Assembly: GCA_964016885.1 (NCBI GenBank) | Contig: OZ024740.1 | Span: 355,570,001 to 355,634,000, forward strand | DNA from: Eledone cirrhosa | Taxonomy: Eukaryota | Length of the DNA stretch: 64,000 nucleotides | Reading direction: 5' to 3' | Part shown: piece by piece, positions 43,699 to 55,419 of the stretch | Layout: every line of letters begins with the position of its first letter | How positions within the stretch are numbered: the stretch's first letter is position 1 | The notes under the pieces: model-generated | Database searches by the model: none | The model's input: the letters and a program-made list of their open reading frames with translations, nothing else | What the model was told of the DNA's origin: nothing | Made by a program: the position numbers and the translations under genes

Positions 43699-44667
43699 TC
43701 CTCTATAAACCCATGTCAAGTCAGTTGTCCTGTCTGAGAAAACAACAACAATACCACAGAAAATATGAACCGATGACTCTTAAGCTCGTTATTTACCTAC
43801 CCAATCATTTCCTCTCTGCATATGAATATATACATTAATATGTGGGTCCTCTACTACTACTATGATGGCAGCAGTGCCGTTATTTTTGTCGCCATTCTCA
43901 TCATAATTTTCTAACTGTTTTCCATGCTGACTTAAGTTGGACAGGCTATTATGGCCAGAGTCAGGGAATCACATCATGCTTGAATGTTCCAGTTTTGGCA
44001 TAGTTTCTACATTTGTTTGTCTTTCCTAACACCAACCACTTTTGTTGTGTCCTTCGCATAACTAAAGAGTCTTCTCTACTCTACAGAGTGTACTGAGGGC
44101 ATTTTATTAAGGAACCAATACTAGAGAGTGGATGTGAATATAACTACATGTGTGGGGGATTATACACCTGAGGGTGATTATATACATGTGTGTAGAATTA
44201 AATGGTTAAGATTCTTAATCTAAAGTATATTAATCATTATAGCTGTGTAAGCATCTATTTGAGGTGGAAAAATGAACAAAAACCAACTAACTTAAACCAC
44301 ATTTCAATCACTGGGAGAACACATTTGTTCTTACACATCCCTATTTTTATGTCTCTTTTCTCCTCACAAATTTTAATGTTTATTTGTTTCAACTTACTCT
44401 TAACATTATGTAAAGATTTAGCAGAAAATATATAGAAATGGACTTGTCAATTCAAATGTTTAATTACAGTAAACTAAAATAAAGACTTGATTTTTTAATG
44501 TGAAGCAGTCATGTTGTTTTGTATTTTTCAAGTATGTCATGCTAATGCAGTTTCATGTAATACTGGATGTTAAGAGTTAACTTCCACTACAGTCTCACTG
44601 GCTCCAGATAGTAATTGGTGAGGCTATTCACCTGGTACATAGTTAGGTTTCTTTTACTAATGTTTAG

Positions 44668-44872
44668 CCCTTTAACATTTAAACTGGCCATATCCAGCCA
44701 GAATTATTTCACCTCTTTCTGTTCAAACTGGATGTAACCAGCTGCTGATACTTATGTTAACGTATTGTTCTCAAAATGAATAACATCAAAATCCCATAGA
44801 TTTGATATTATATGAGATGTTTATGTGAGATAAAGTGTTTATCATGAAAATACAACAGTACATGTTAAAGGG
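44668..44872 (+). mobile_element. piggyBac-type MITE, family A
   Basis: CCCTTTAACAT...ATGTTAAAGGG|TTAA. Confidence 0.85.
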
Positions 44873-45415
44873 TTAACATAACAACAGATCTAATTTTGAA
44901 TCAATACTTTAGTGATAACAAATGCAAAGAATATGAATAAATTATAAAGTAATCAGATTAGATAAGATTTTCATTATAGACAATACTATAAACTGTAAAT
45001 GCAAACCGAGATAGAGAAAAATAACCTCCTGTAAAACTGCTATGACTTGCATTAGGTACCAGGTTTCATACCGGTGTAGAATCTTGGGCAAGTGTCATTT
45101 AGCATAGCCTTGAGTCGATCCATGTTTTGAGAGTGAAATTGTGAAGACAGAAACTGCTTGGAAGCCTGTTAGATGGAATGTACCTGTAATTCAAAGCTCC
45201 AGCTTTGTTCCACACTATAATACTCAGAATTATGTTAAGGGTACACGTCTTTGGAACGCTCAGCCACTTACATCTTAATTTAATAAGCAGAGTATTCACC
45301 TCATGATTGCATGGTTAAGAGCTGGGTTTTCAGTGGTGAGTTGTTTCCTTGAGCAAGACTCTTCATTATATATGTATATATCATATATGTATATATCATA
45401 TATATACACACACAT

Positions 45416-45604
45416 GCAGTGGGTTGGCAGTATCGGTAGAGAGTCGGATGCCATGCTTTGACGTATAGAGTTACGGCCTTTGTCATTCTGAGTTCAAATC
45501 CCGCCGAGGTTAACTTCGCCTTTCATCCTTACGGGGTCGATAAAATAAAGTACCAGTAATGCACTGGGATAATTGCTGGCCTTGTGCCAAAAGTAGAAAC
45601 AATT
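45416..45604 (+). mobile_element. SINE S2
   Basis: Near-consensus match to 26829-27012. Confidence 0.92.
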
Positions 45605-46366
45605 ATATATATAATATAAATATAATGTATATAAATATAATGTATATAAATATAATGTATATAAATATAATGTATATAAATATAATGTATATAAATATAA
45701 TGTATATAAATATAATGTATATAAATATAATGTATATAAATATAATGTATATAAATATAATATATATAAATATAATGTATATAAATATAATTGTTTCTAC
45801 TATTGGCACAAGGCCAGAAATTACCCAGTACATTACTGGTACTTTATTTTATCGACCCCGTAAGGATGAAAGGCAAAGTTAACCTCGGCGGGATTTGAAC
45901 TCAGAATAGCAAGGGCCGTAACTCTATGCATCAAAGCATGGCGTCCGACCCTCTACCGATACTGCCAATCCACCGCCGTATATAAATATAATGTATATAA
46001 ATATAATGTATATAAATATAATATATATAAATATAATATATATAAATATAATATATATAAATATAATATATATAAATATAATATATATAAATATAATATA
46101 TATAAATATAATATATATAAATATAATATATATAAATATAATATATATAAATATAATATATATAAATATAATATATATAAATATAATATATATAAATATA
46201 ATATATATAAATATAATATATATAAATATAATATATATATATACATATATAATATATATATACATATATAAATATATAATATATATATAAATATATAATA
46301 TATATAAATATAATATATATATAAATATAATATATATATAAATATAATATATATATATATATATAT
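45605..46366. repeat. 15-bp minisatellite ATAAATATAAT(G/A)TAT, interrupted by a SINE
   Basis: About 12 G-variant units, then the SINE at 45789-45977, then the same unit continues and changes to the A variant. Confidence 0.95.
45789..45977 (-). mobile_element. SINE S2 (inverted relative to 45416-45604)
   Basis: Full length, near consensus. Confidence 0.93.
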
Positions 46367-46368
46367 AA

Positions 46369-47066
46369 CGTGACCTGGGCATTACGGTCAGCAGCGATTT
46401 GCGTTGGACGAGGCACGTCTCTAAAATTGTCAAGAGGGCCGAGGGTGTCTTAGCATCACTCAGCAAGACCTTTGTCAGCCGCTCTCCAGATATCTATTTA
46501 AGGCTGTATACAGCTATGGTGCGACCACACTTAGAATTTGCATCACCAGTCTGGAACCCCTATCTTGCTCAGGACATTGACCGCCTGGAAACTGTTCAGA
46601 GACGTGCAACCAAGCGAATACCCTCCATCAGGCATATACCATACTCTGATCGCCTTGCTTCCCTGGGCATGGATTCATTGAAGCTCCGACGCCTGGCAAC
46701 TGACTTGGTAAACACCCACAAAATTGTTAACCATGTTGCCAACAACAACCCTGAGTGCCTCTTCGATTTCCATGTGTCTAACACACATGGACATGCCCAC
46801 AAAGTAAGAAAACAGCACAGTTCCCATGACTTTCGGAAACATTTTTTCACGCTCAGAGTTGCTGAAGCATGGAACAAACTACCTGCATCAGTTGTTAGCT
46901 GTCGAGACACTGCATCCTTTAAGGCCTCCATGCTTCCCGAGATCCGCCAACACTACAGCTAACACATACAAACATGTACTTCCCTGGCATTTGTGTATTA
47001 TTCTATGTACTATATTGACGAGTTGTAGTGCACCTGAGCACTTTACACAATAATTTCATTATTATT
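46369..47066 (+). mobile_element. Young CR1-like LINE 3' fragment (ORF2 C-terminus, 3'UTR, (ATT)n tail)
   Basis: RDLGITVSSDLRW...LYTAMVRPHLEFASPVWNP...LETVQRRATK...FFTLRVAEAWNKLP, open to 46962. Confidence 0.93.
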
Positions 47067-47094
47067 ATAATATATATATATAATATATATATAA

Positions 47095-47135
<41 letters not shown>

Positions 47136-49107
47136 TATATAATATATATACATATATATAATATATATAAATATAATATATATATAAATATAATATATAT
47201 ATAAATATAATATATATATATATAATATATAAATATATAATATATATATATATATAATATATATAAATATAATATATATAAATATAATATATATAAATAT
47301 AATATATATATACATATATATAATATATATAAATATAATATATATATAAATATAATATATATATATATATATAATATATAAATATATATAAATATAAAAA
47401 TATATATAATATAATATATATAATATAATATATATAATATATATATAATATAATATATATAAATATAATATATATATATATAATATACATAGTCACTTAA
47501 TAATAAATTAATTACTTAGTCATCCATCTATCTCATGGTGGCACTCCATGCACAGGATTATGTTAGCACAACCAATACAGTGTCTACAGTTTATATTAAT
47601 CATATATTTGTGCAATATATATAAATATATATATATATAATATATATAAATATAAATATAATATATATAAATATAATATATATAAATATAATATATATAT
47701 AAATATAATATATATAAATATATATATATATAAATATAAATATATAAATATAATATATATAAATATAATATATATATATATATATAAATATAATATAATA
47801 TATATATATATAAATATAATATATTTATATTATATTTATATATATATTATATTTATATTATATTTATATTATATTTATATTTATATATATATTATATTTA
47901 TATTATATTTATATATATATTATATTTATAATATATATATAAATATAAATATAATATAAATATAATATAAATATAATATATATATAAATAATATATATAT
48001 AAATATAATATAAATATAATATATATATAAATAATATATATATAAATATAATATAAATATAATATATATATAAATAATATATATATAAATATAATATAAA
48101 TATAATATATATATAAATATAAATATAATATAATATATATATAAATAATATATATATAAATATAATATATATATAAATATAATATATATATAAATAATAT
48201 ATATATAAATATAATATATATATAAATATAATATATATATATAATATATATATAAATATAATATATATATAAATATAATATATATATATATAATATATAT
48301 ATAAATATAATATATATATAAATATAATATATATATAAATATAATATATATATAAATATAATATATATATAAATATAATATATATATAAATATAATATAT
48401 ATATAAATATAATATATATATAAATATAATATATATATATATAAATATAATATATATATAAATATAATATATATATATATATATATATAATATATATATC
48501 ATCATTCATCATCATCATCATTTCATTTTACGTCCGCTTTTTCCCTGCTTGTGGGACGGGAACTGATTTTGGCTTGATTTCTACAGCTGGATGCCCTTCC
48601 TAACACCAACCTCATTTACAGTGAGTGCTGGGTGCTTTTTTGCCGTGGCACCTCCACGACCACTTTGCAGTGGAATGATATGGACCCCAGTCCCTATCAT
48701 CTCATTTCTACAGCTGAGTAAACTGGAGCAATGTGAAATAAAGTGTCTTGCTCAAGGAAACAACACATCACCCGGTCTGAGGATTGAACTCACAACCTTT
48801 CGATTGCAAGGCCAATGCTCTAACCACTAAGCCATGTGCCTCCATATATATATATATATATAATATATATATATATATATAATATATATATATATATAAT
48901 ATATATATAATATATATATATAAATATAATATATATATATAAATATAATATATATATAAATATAATATATATATAAATATATATATATATATAAATATAA
49001 TATATATATAAATATAATATATATATAAATATAATATATATATATATATAATATATATATATATAAATATAATATATATATAAATATAATATATATATAA
49101 ATATAAT

Positions 49108-49139
<32 letters not shown>

Positions 49140-49447
49140 AATATAATATAAATATAATATATATATAAATATAATATATATATAAATATAATATATATAT
49201 AAATATAATATATATATATATATATATATAAATATAATATATATATATAAATATAATATAAATATAATATATATATATATAAATATAATATAATATATAT
49301 ATAAATATAATATATATAAATATAATATATATAAATATAATATATATATAAATATAATATATATAAATATAATATATATAATAAATATATATATAATAAA
49401 TATATATATATAATATATATAATAAATATATATAATAAATATATATA

Positions 49448-49478
<31 letters not shown>

Positions 49479-49938
49479 TATAATATATATATAAATATAA
49501 TATATATATAAATATAATATATATATAAATATAATATATATATATATAAGAAATCTTGTAACATCCCATATGATTCAGGTTGAATGCTCGGTAAATCCAT
49601 ACGTACATATATATATGTGTGCATGTACATACTACTGTACGTCTGTATTCATATATGTATGTACGTATACATACTTATATATATATAAATATATATATAT
49701 ATATAAATAAATATAATATATATATAAATAAATATAATATATATATATATAAATAAATATAATATATATATATATAAATAAATATAATATATATATAAAT
49801 AAATATAATATATATATAAATAAATATAATATATATATATATAAATAAATATAATATATTTATAAATAAATATAATATATTTATAAATAAATATAATATA
49901 TATATAATATATATATAAATAAATATTATATATATATA
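47067..49938. repeat. Nearly pure A/T minisatellite ATAAATATAAT(AT)n with short interruptions
   Basis: Direct inspection; interrupted at 47490-47615, 48499-48843 and 49548-49675. Confidence 0.95.
48499..48843 (-). mobile_element. Full-length young SINE S1
   Basis: GGAGGCACATGGCTTAGTGG..GAGTTCAATCC head, CORE-like block, RTE-type tail. Confidence 0.93.
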
Positions 49939-50499
49939 AGCATATCTGAAAGTATATATAATAAACATACATACTTTTTCATGCTGGCATGATATGGACA
50001 AAACATTTTGAGGCAATATTTTACAGGCAGATGTCCTTCCTGACACCAATCCATTTAGTTACTTCTTACAACACCAGGATATGGTGAACATATTCTAAAC
50101 CAGTACTAAATCATTACAAGATGTTAAGATCTAAATGAAATGCATGTGGCCGGTGTAAGAATGAGCCATCATACAGTGAGGAGGATCTGGAACGTAAAAG
50201 TTGAATGAGCAAAATTAAGACAGTATACATTTTTCTATGTAAGCAGATGTCAAAATTTACCTAATCTAAATATGTATGTATATATAGACCTGTAACTCCC
50301 GATTGAGTTGTAAGGATGCCATAGTGAAATACAATGTGTCTTGGGTATTTTTAACACCTAGTGGAGCCTATCCCTCTCCACGTCTGAACACAGCTAATTT
50401 CTTGCAGAGAGAGAGAGAACGAGAGAGAGAGAGAGAAAGTGATAAAGAGGAAGTGAGAAAGAGGAAGTAAGAAAGAGATAAAGAGGACGAATAAACTCC

Positions 50500-50650
50500 A
50501 GTACAGGATTGATACCATTTTTTCTATTGACCTTGAAAGGATGAACGACTAAGTCGACCTCTGCAGGATTTGAACTCAGAGTACAGAGTCAGAATGACTA
50601 CTGCAAAGCATTCAATCTGACATTCTAATAACTCTGCCAGTTCATTGCCT
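50500..50650 (-). mobile_element. Older SINE S2-related copy
   Basis: GGATGAA..CTAAGTCGACCTCTGCAGGATTTGAACTCAG. Confidence 0.7.
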
Positions 50651-51420
50651 GTTAATCTAAATAACTTAAAGCAAATACATCTGTGAAATAGCTGCCATGT
50701 GTAGAAAAGGTAGACTGATACCACTGAAGGATATCAGGTTATTTTCACTGATAAAAAGTAACTACAACATATGCACATAAATTCCTGAATTTGTCAAAAT
50801 CTATCAAATATGAGGAAATTTCTTTTATAAAAGAAGATAAGAAAATATTAGTTTTTGCTTATCTAAAAGGTGAAACAGTTAGAAGAGAAATATAGTCAAT
50901 TGTATTAGTTCACCGAGTTTCTAGTATTTGTTTTATTGATCCAGACGAATAGCAAAGCTAACTCCAATGGAATCAGGAGAAGAAGGAGGAGGAGTTGTCA
51001 TTGTCATCATTTAACACCTGTTTTCCATGCTGGTGGTGGTGGTGTGTTGGGGGGGGGGGGGGGGGGGGGAGACACACCTCTCTTACATATATTTCCACTT
51101 TACAGAGTGTGCTTAGTGAGTTTTATAGTGGCACCAGCACTAAGGAGATTGTCATGCCTTTGTAACAACTGAAGATTCCTCTGAACTCTTTCGCAAGTTT
51201 TCTATAGCTGGATCTCCTTCCTATCACCATCCACTTTACAGAGTATACTAGGTGCATATTATCATGACACCACAAGGAAAGTTGTTGGTCACTGACATGA
51301 CTGAAACCCCCTTACTATTCTATGGGGGAAGGTTGAAGACTTTCTCAAATGAGAAGTGTTTAAGGGAAGGAGAGGGAAAAAGGATAAGTATGATGTCATG
51401 AATGATTAACAATAGCTGAG

Positions 51421-52004
51421 TGACAAGAGAGGGTGACATGTATGATGTCATGGGTAATTGACAATAGTCGAGTGATAAGTATGATGTGATGGGTGACTGA
51501 CAAGAGAGGGTGACATGTATGATGTCATGGGTGACTGACAATAGTCGAGTGATAAGTATGATGTGATGGGTGACTGACAAGAGAGGGTGACATGTATGAT
51601 GTCATGGGTGACTGACAATAGTCGAGTGATAAGTATGATGTGATGGGTGACTGACAAGAGAGGGTGACATGTATGATGTCATGGGTGACTGACAATAGTC
51701 GAGTGATAAGTATGATGTGATGGGTGACTGACAAGAGAGGGTGACATGTATGATGTCATGGGTGACTGACAATAGTCGAGTGATAAGTATGATGTGATGG
51801 GTGACTGACAAGAGAGGGTGACATGTATGATGTCATGGGTGACTGACAATAGTCGAGTGATAAGTATGATGTGATGGGTGACTGACAAGAGAGGGTGACA
51901 TGTATGATGTCATGGGTGACTGACAATAGTCGAGTGATAAGTATGATGTGATGGGTGACTGACAAGAGAGGGTGACATGTATGATGTCATGGGTGACTGA
52001 CAAT
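51421..52004. repeat. 77-bp tandem minisatellite, about 7.5 near-identical copies
   Basis: Identical ORF starts at a 77-nt period (51580, 51657...51965); unit made of two related halves sharing GTATGATGT(C/G)ATGGGTGACTGACAA. Confidence 0.97.
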
Positions 52005-52379
52005 AAATAGTTGAATGACAAGAAAGGGTAACATGTCATGGGTGTATAATGAGTATGATGGGATTTAAAAGGGGTGATGTGAAAGAGAACAGGAGTGAGA
52101 AAGTACATTATAGATGTACAACAAATACTGTGGGATTTGACATGGTGATGTGAGAGAGTAGAGGAGTGGAGGTGATGTGAGAAGGGTTTCTATAAATCTA
52201 TGACAGGTGTGGTAGGATTTAACAGGATTATGTGAGAGAAAAGGGGTGAATGTGATCTTTGGTAGAATGGGTGGATACAATGATGGTGGGAATACTAAGG
52301 AGAAATGGTGGAGGGAGGGGATTATATGAATGAATCAAAATGGGTCAGTTCCCATTCAGTTTTTATACCAGAAGTCAAT

Positions 52380-52840
52380 TCTTCTCCAGTATCACATGTC
52401 ACCAATTCTCACATTTTTTGTCATATCTGTCATCAAGTTCAGTTTAAGGTCAGTTTGTACTATTTCCTCCCAAGTCTTTCTCAGTTTACCTTATCCATGA
52501 ATCTCATCCACTGATATTTTCTTGCAGTTCTTCATATAGTTACCATTTTCCATACCATTGCAATCTTCTCTGTTGCACACTACATCCAGTTCCTCTTATG
52601 TCTAGTTTTTCTCTCAGCTTGCTTATGCTACATTGTTTACATACACAAACATTACACTTCCATTGGAACATACTTGCTTCATTTCTTTTCAGCCTTCTGA
52701 GGTCTTCTGTAGTCAAGACTCATGGCTCATTGCCATGTAGAATCGCAGTTCACATGCAAGCATCATACAGTCTGACCTTCACTCTAAGAGAGAAACCCTT
52801 TATTGACAGCCTTTATTGAAATACTAGCTCCCTAAACTTC
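52380..52840 (-). mobile_element. Decayed RTE LINE C-terminal fragment
   Basis: KGFSLRVKVRLYDAC..ILHGNE..EDLRRLKRNEASM and KTWEEIVQTDL, with stops. Confidence 0.8.
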
Positions 52841-52888
52841 TATAAAGAAGTACTGATTGAATTCTGAAATTTGAATATATTTTAAGGC

Positions 52889-53454
52889 AATGACATAGGA
52901 CCGTGATCTCTGGCATTGTGCAGTAATACAGAAGACCTGCCTTCTCATGTGCAGGGGCTGAAACATACAATTAGTATGTGCCACCTTCCCCTCCATCACC
53001 CCTCCCATGTCGTAACACCTCGCCCATGTCATAACACCCCACCCCTCACCCATTCCCCTAGATCTACCTCCCCCACCCAAGAACCCAGCCCACACTGTAA
53101 AGTGGTTGTTTTGGTGTCATGTCAAAAACCACCAAACATACACTGAAGTGGTCATGTAGGCGTCACAACAAAAAGCAGCCAGTCCACACTATAAAGTGGT
53201 CCTGTAGGTCTCACAACAAAAAATGCTTAGTCCACACTGTAAAGAGATCACGTAGGTGTGACGATAAAGAACACCCTGTACACACTGTAAATATCTTTGG
53301 CATCAGGAAGGGCATCCAGCTGTAGAAACCAAGCCAAAATCAGTTCTTAGGAGCAAAATACAGTCATCTGACCTGGCTTATCTCACAACAGAATGCTCGT
53401 CTAACCCATGCTCATGTGGAAAATGGATGTCAAAAAGTAATGATGATGATGATG
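52889..53454 (+). mobile_element. Older R-B-type RTE 3' end with five ~45-bp repeats
   Basis: Repeated CACACTGTAAAGTGGTC..GTAGG..TCACAACAAAAA units, GGAAGGGCATCCAGC box, (TGA)n tail. Confidence 0.82.
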
Positions 53455-53456
53455 TC

Positions 53457-53875
53457 AGCTTAAAGTTAACTGCTTCAATGCAGGTTTTTGACAATGAGAA
53501 TTAGTAAAATAAGTTGGGCATATAAGCCCCTAGAGACAGAATAAATACATTTATACAACTGTTTGCTTATGTTTCATTGTCACAAACCTGGATTGAAGTA
53601 ATTGACTTTTAACTAAAATACATTCAAAATTCATAACTCGCTCAACACTCCTAAAAACATGACTATTTACCTACTAGCCAATAGATAAGGTGTAAAGTAA
53701 CAAATAACATGTCAGCATGCTTTGGTGTCATCAGTAGCACAGCTGTCCAGTATACAGCAAGTGTGAGTTTGAGCTCCACAGATAAAGCTGTCCACCTTTT
53801 TCTGTCTTGAGGGGCTTATACACCCATATTGTTTGGTTATTTTTCATAGACAGTAAAGCAGTTAATTTTAAGCTA
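53457..53875. mobile_element. Possible old MITE with imperfect long inverted ends
   Basis: AGCTTAAAGTTAACTGCTT / AAGCAGTTAATTTTAAGCT and GGGCATATAAGCCCCTAGAGACAGAA / TTCTGTCTTGAGGGGCTTATACACCC. Confidence 0.5.
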
Positions 53876-55054
53876 ACTTACATTCAAAATTCATAATTCA
53901 CTGAACACTCCTAAAATATAAATATGCAATTAAAAAAAAAAAAAAAAAAAAAAAAAATCAATCAAAACCTGTTTAATTTTGTTCATATTTGTAGTCTATA
54001 AATATGGCTTCTTTCATATTTGAAAGCATTAGCTGTTTCATTTTCTGAAAATTTAAAATGCTTTTGCTTCAGTTTCAATCTATTAAGGATGAAAATGAAA
54101 TTGCAATCCTAGCAAAATACATTTACACACTTGAAATGCAAACAAAATATATTTAAAACAAAAAGCACTGCACCTTAAGTTTATGATTTAAAAAAGAATG
54201 TTAATTCAATTTATTTATTTTTTATTCAGCAGATTCTGTCCCTCTAGTTAAAAAAATTTCAATCTAAATTGAATAAGTACCAAATACTTATGAAAAATGA
54301 CATACACTCTATCATCAAAGGCTTCGCAGTATATTGCAAAGTTTGTAGGCTTATCAATCAAAACAGAATATATTTTCTCCATCTGCTACTAATGTATTGT
54401 TTCTTCAACTTATTTGACATTTATGTAATGTATCACCTATATAGTGATATCATTAAAATCTATACCTGTGAATATATTTTTTGTCTCCATTTCATATTCT
54501 TTTGGCATTCATAACTGAAAAAAATCCTTACAGCTTGATGAAAAGAAAAACAAATACCCACTCACCTAAAAAAAACTGTCACTTTTCTCTCAATGAATCA
54601 ATCAATATAAAAAAAATTTATCTGAGTTGAATCTAATTTTATGTTTATATATATATTTTTCAAAAAAAAATTCTTATGGTCTAATCATATTTTTCTGTTG
54701 CAAGTTAGTTCAATATAATGTGAAGATATTGATATTTGCAGAAGAAATGAAGAATAATAATGACAAAAAGAAAAAAAGAAAAGAAAAGTTTTCAGATTGA
54801 ATAAGCTATGGAAGCATGGAAAAACCAGTATTAGGTCAAAAGTATTGTTTTTTTCAACTTCATCCATTCTTCTATGACTGGGTTATCACTACATGCTTTT
54901 GCTTTAAACCAAAATTCTTGAGAAAGGTTAAAGCCCATTGAAATGATGACAAAATTAAAATGTAAAGAACCAAAAGTTGAGGTTTCATATATTCCTATTG
55001 ATACAGGACTTAGTCCATAGTGAAAACACTTAACTCTTGCAGGTCCTGACTTAA

Positions 55055-55320
55055 GGCCCTCTTAGGTCATGACTGGATAGTTCTTCAGTAAGGCTGAACA
55101 AGGTGTTTTTTGCAGAAGACCAGCAGTCACCCATTCTTGCAACACCCCACCCGCCATATCACCGATGTCGTCCAAGGGAAAGTCAATTGCTGATACATCC
55201 TAGCACCAGTGACCTCTCAGGGAAGCCAGAGCAATGTAAAAAGATGTTTGCTTGAAGATACAACACTCAATCTGGGAATTGAAACTGGGAATTGAAGTTG
55301 TGAGCCTATTGCCCTAGCTT
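55055..55320 (-). mobile_element. Decayed CORE-type SINE, family S3
   Basis: Shares CAGCAGTCACCCAT and TCCAAGGGAAAG blocks with 58392-58708. Confidence 0.65.
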
Positions 55321-55419
55321 TAAAAGAATATCTGTAATCTACAGAAATGTTTCATAATAGAGAAATTCTACAATATATATATGGAATGTCTGAATCCTTT
55401 AGGATAGCACAGACTCAAT

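Noticed and set aside
48770-48843. tRNA gene (A and B boxes present); likewise at 5805-5877, 26829 and 42495
   Set aside because: No proper acceptor or anticodon stems; continues into a SINE body and LINE-type tail; multi-copy
45559-49972. YIN/IFIY repeat ORFs
   Set aside because: Translations of A/T minisatellite
51421-52004. CRISPR-like repeat-spacer pattern
   Set aside because: The two linkers recur identically and are only 13-14 nt; no cas genes; eukaryotic context
52380-53454. Twin-priming inversion of a single RTE
   Set aside because: The minus and plus pieces both include the ORF end and appear to be different subfamilies, so two independent head-to-head insertions are more likely
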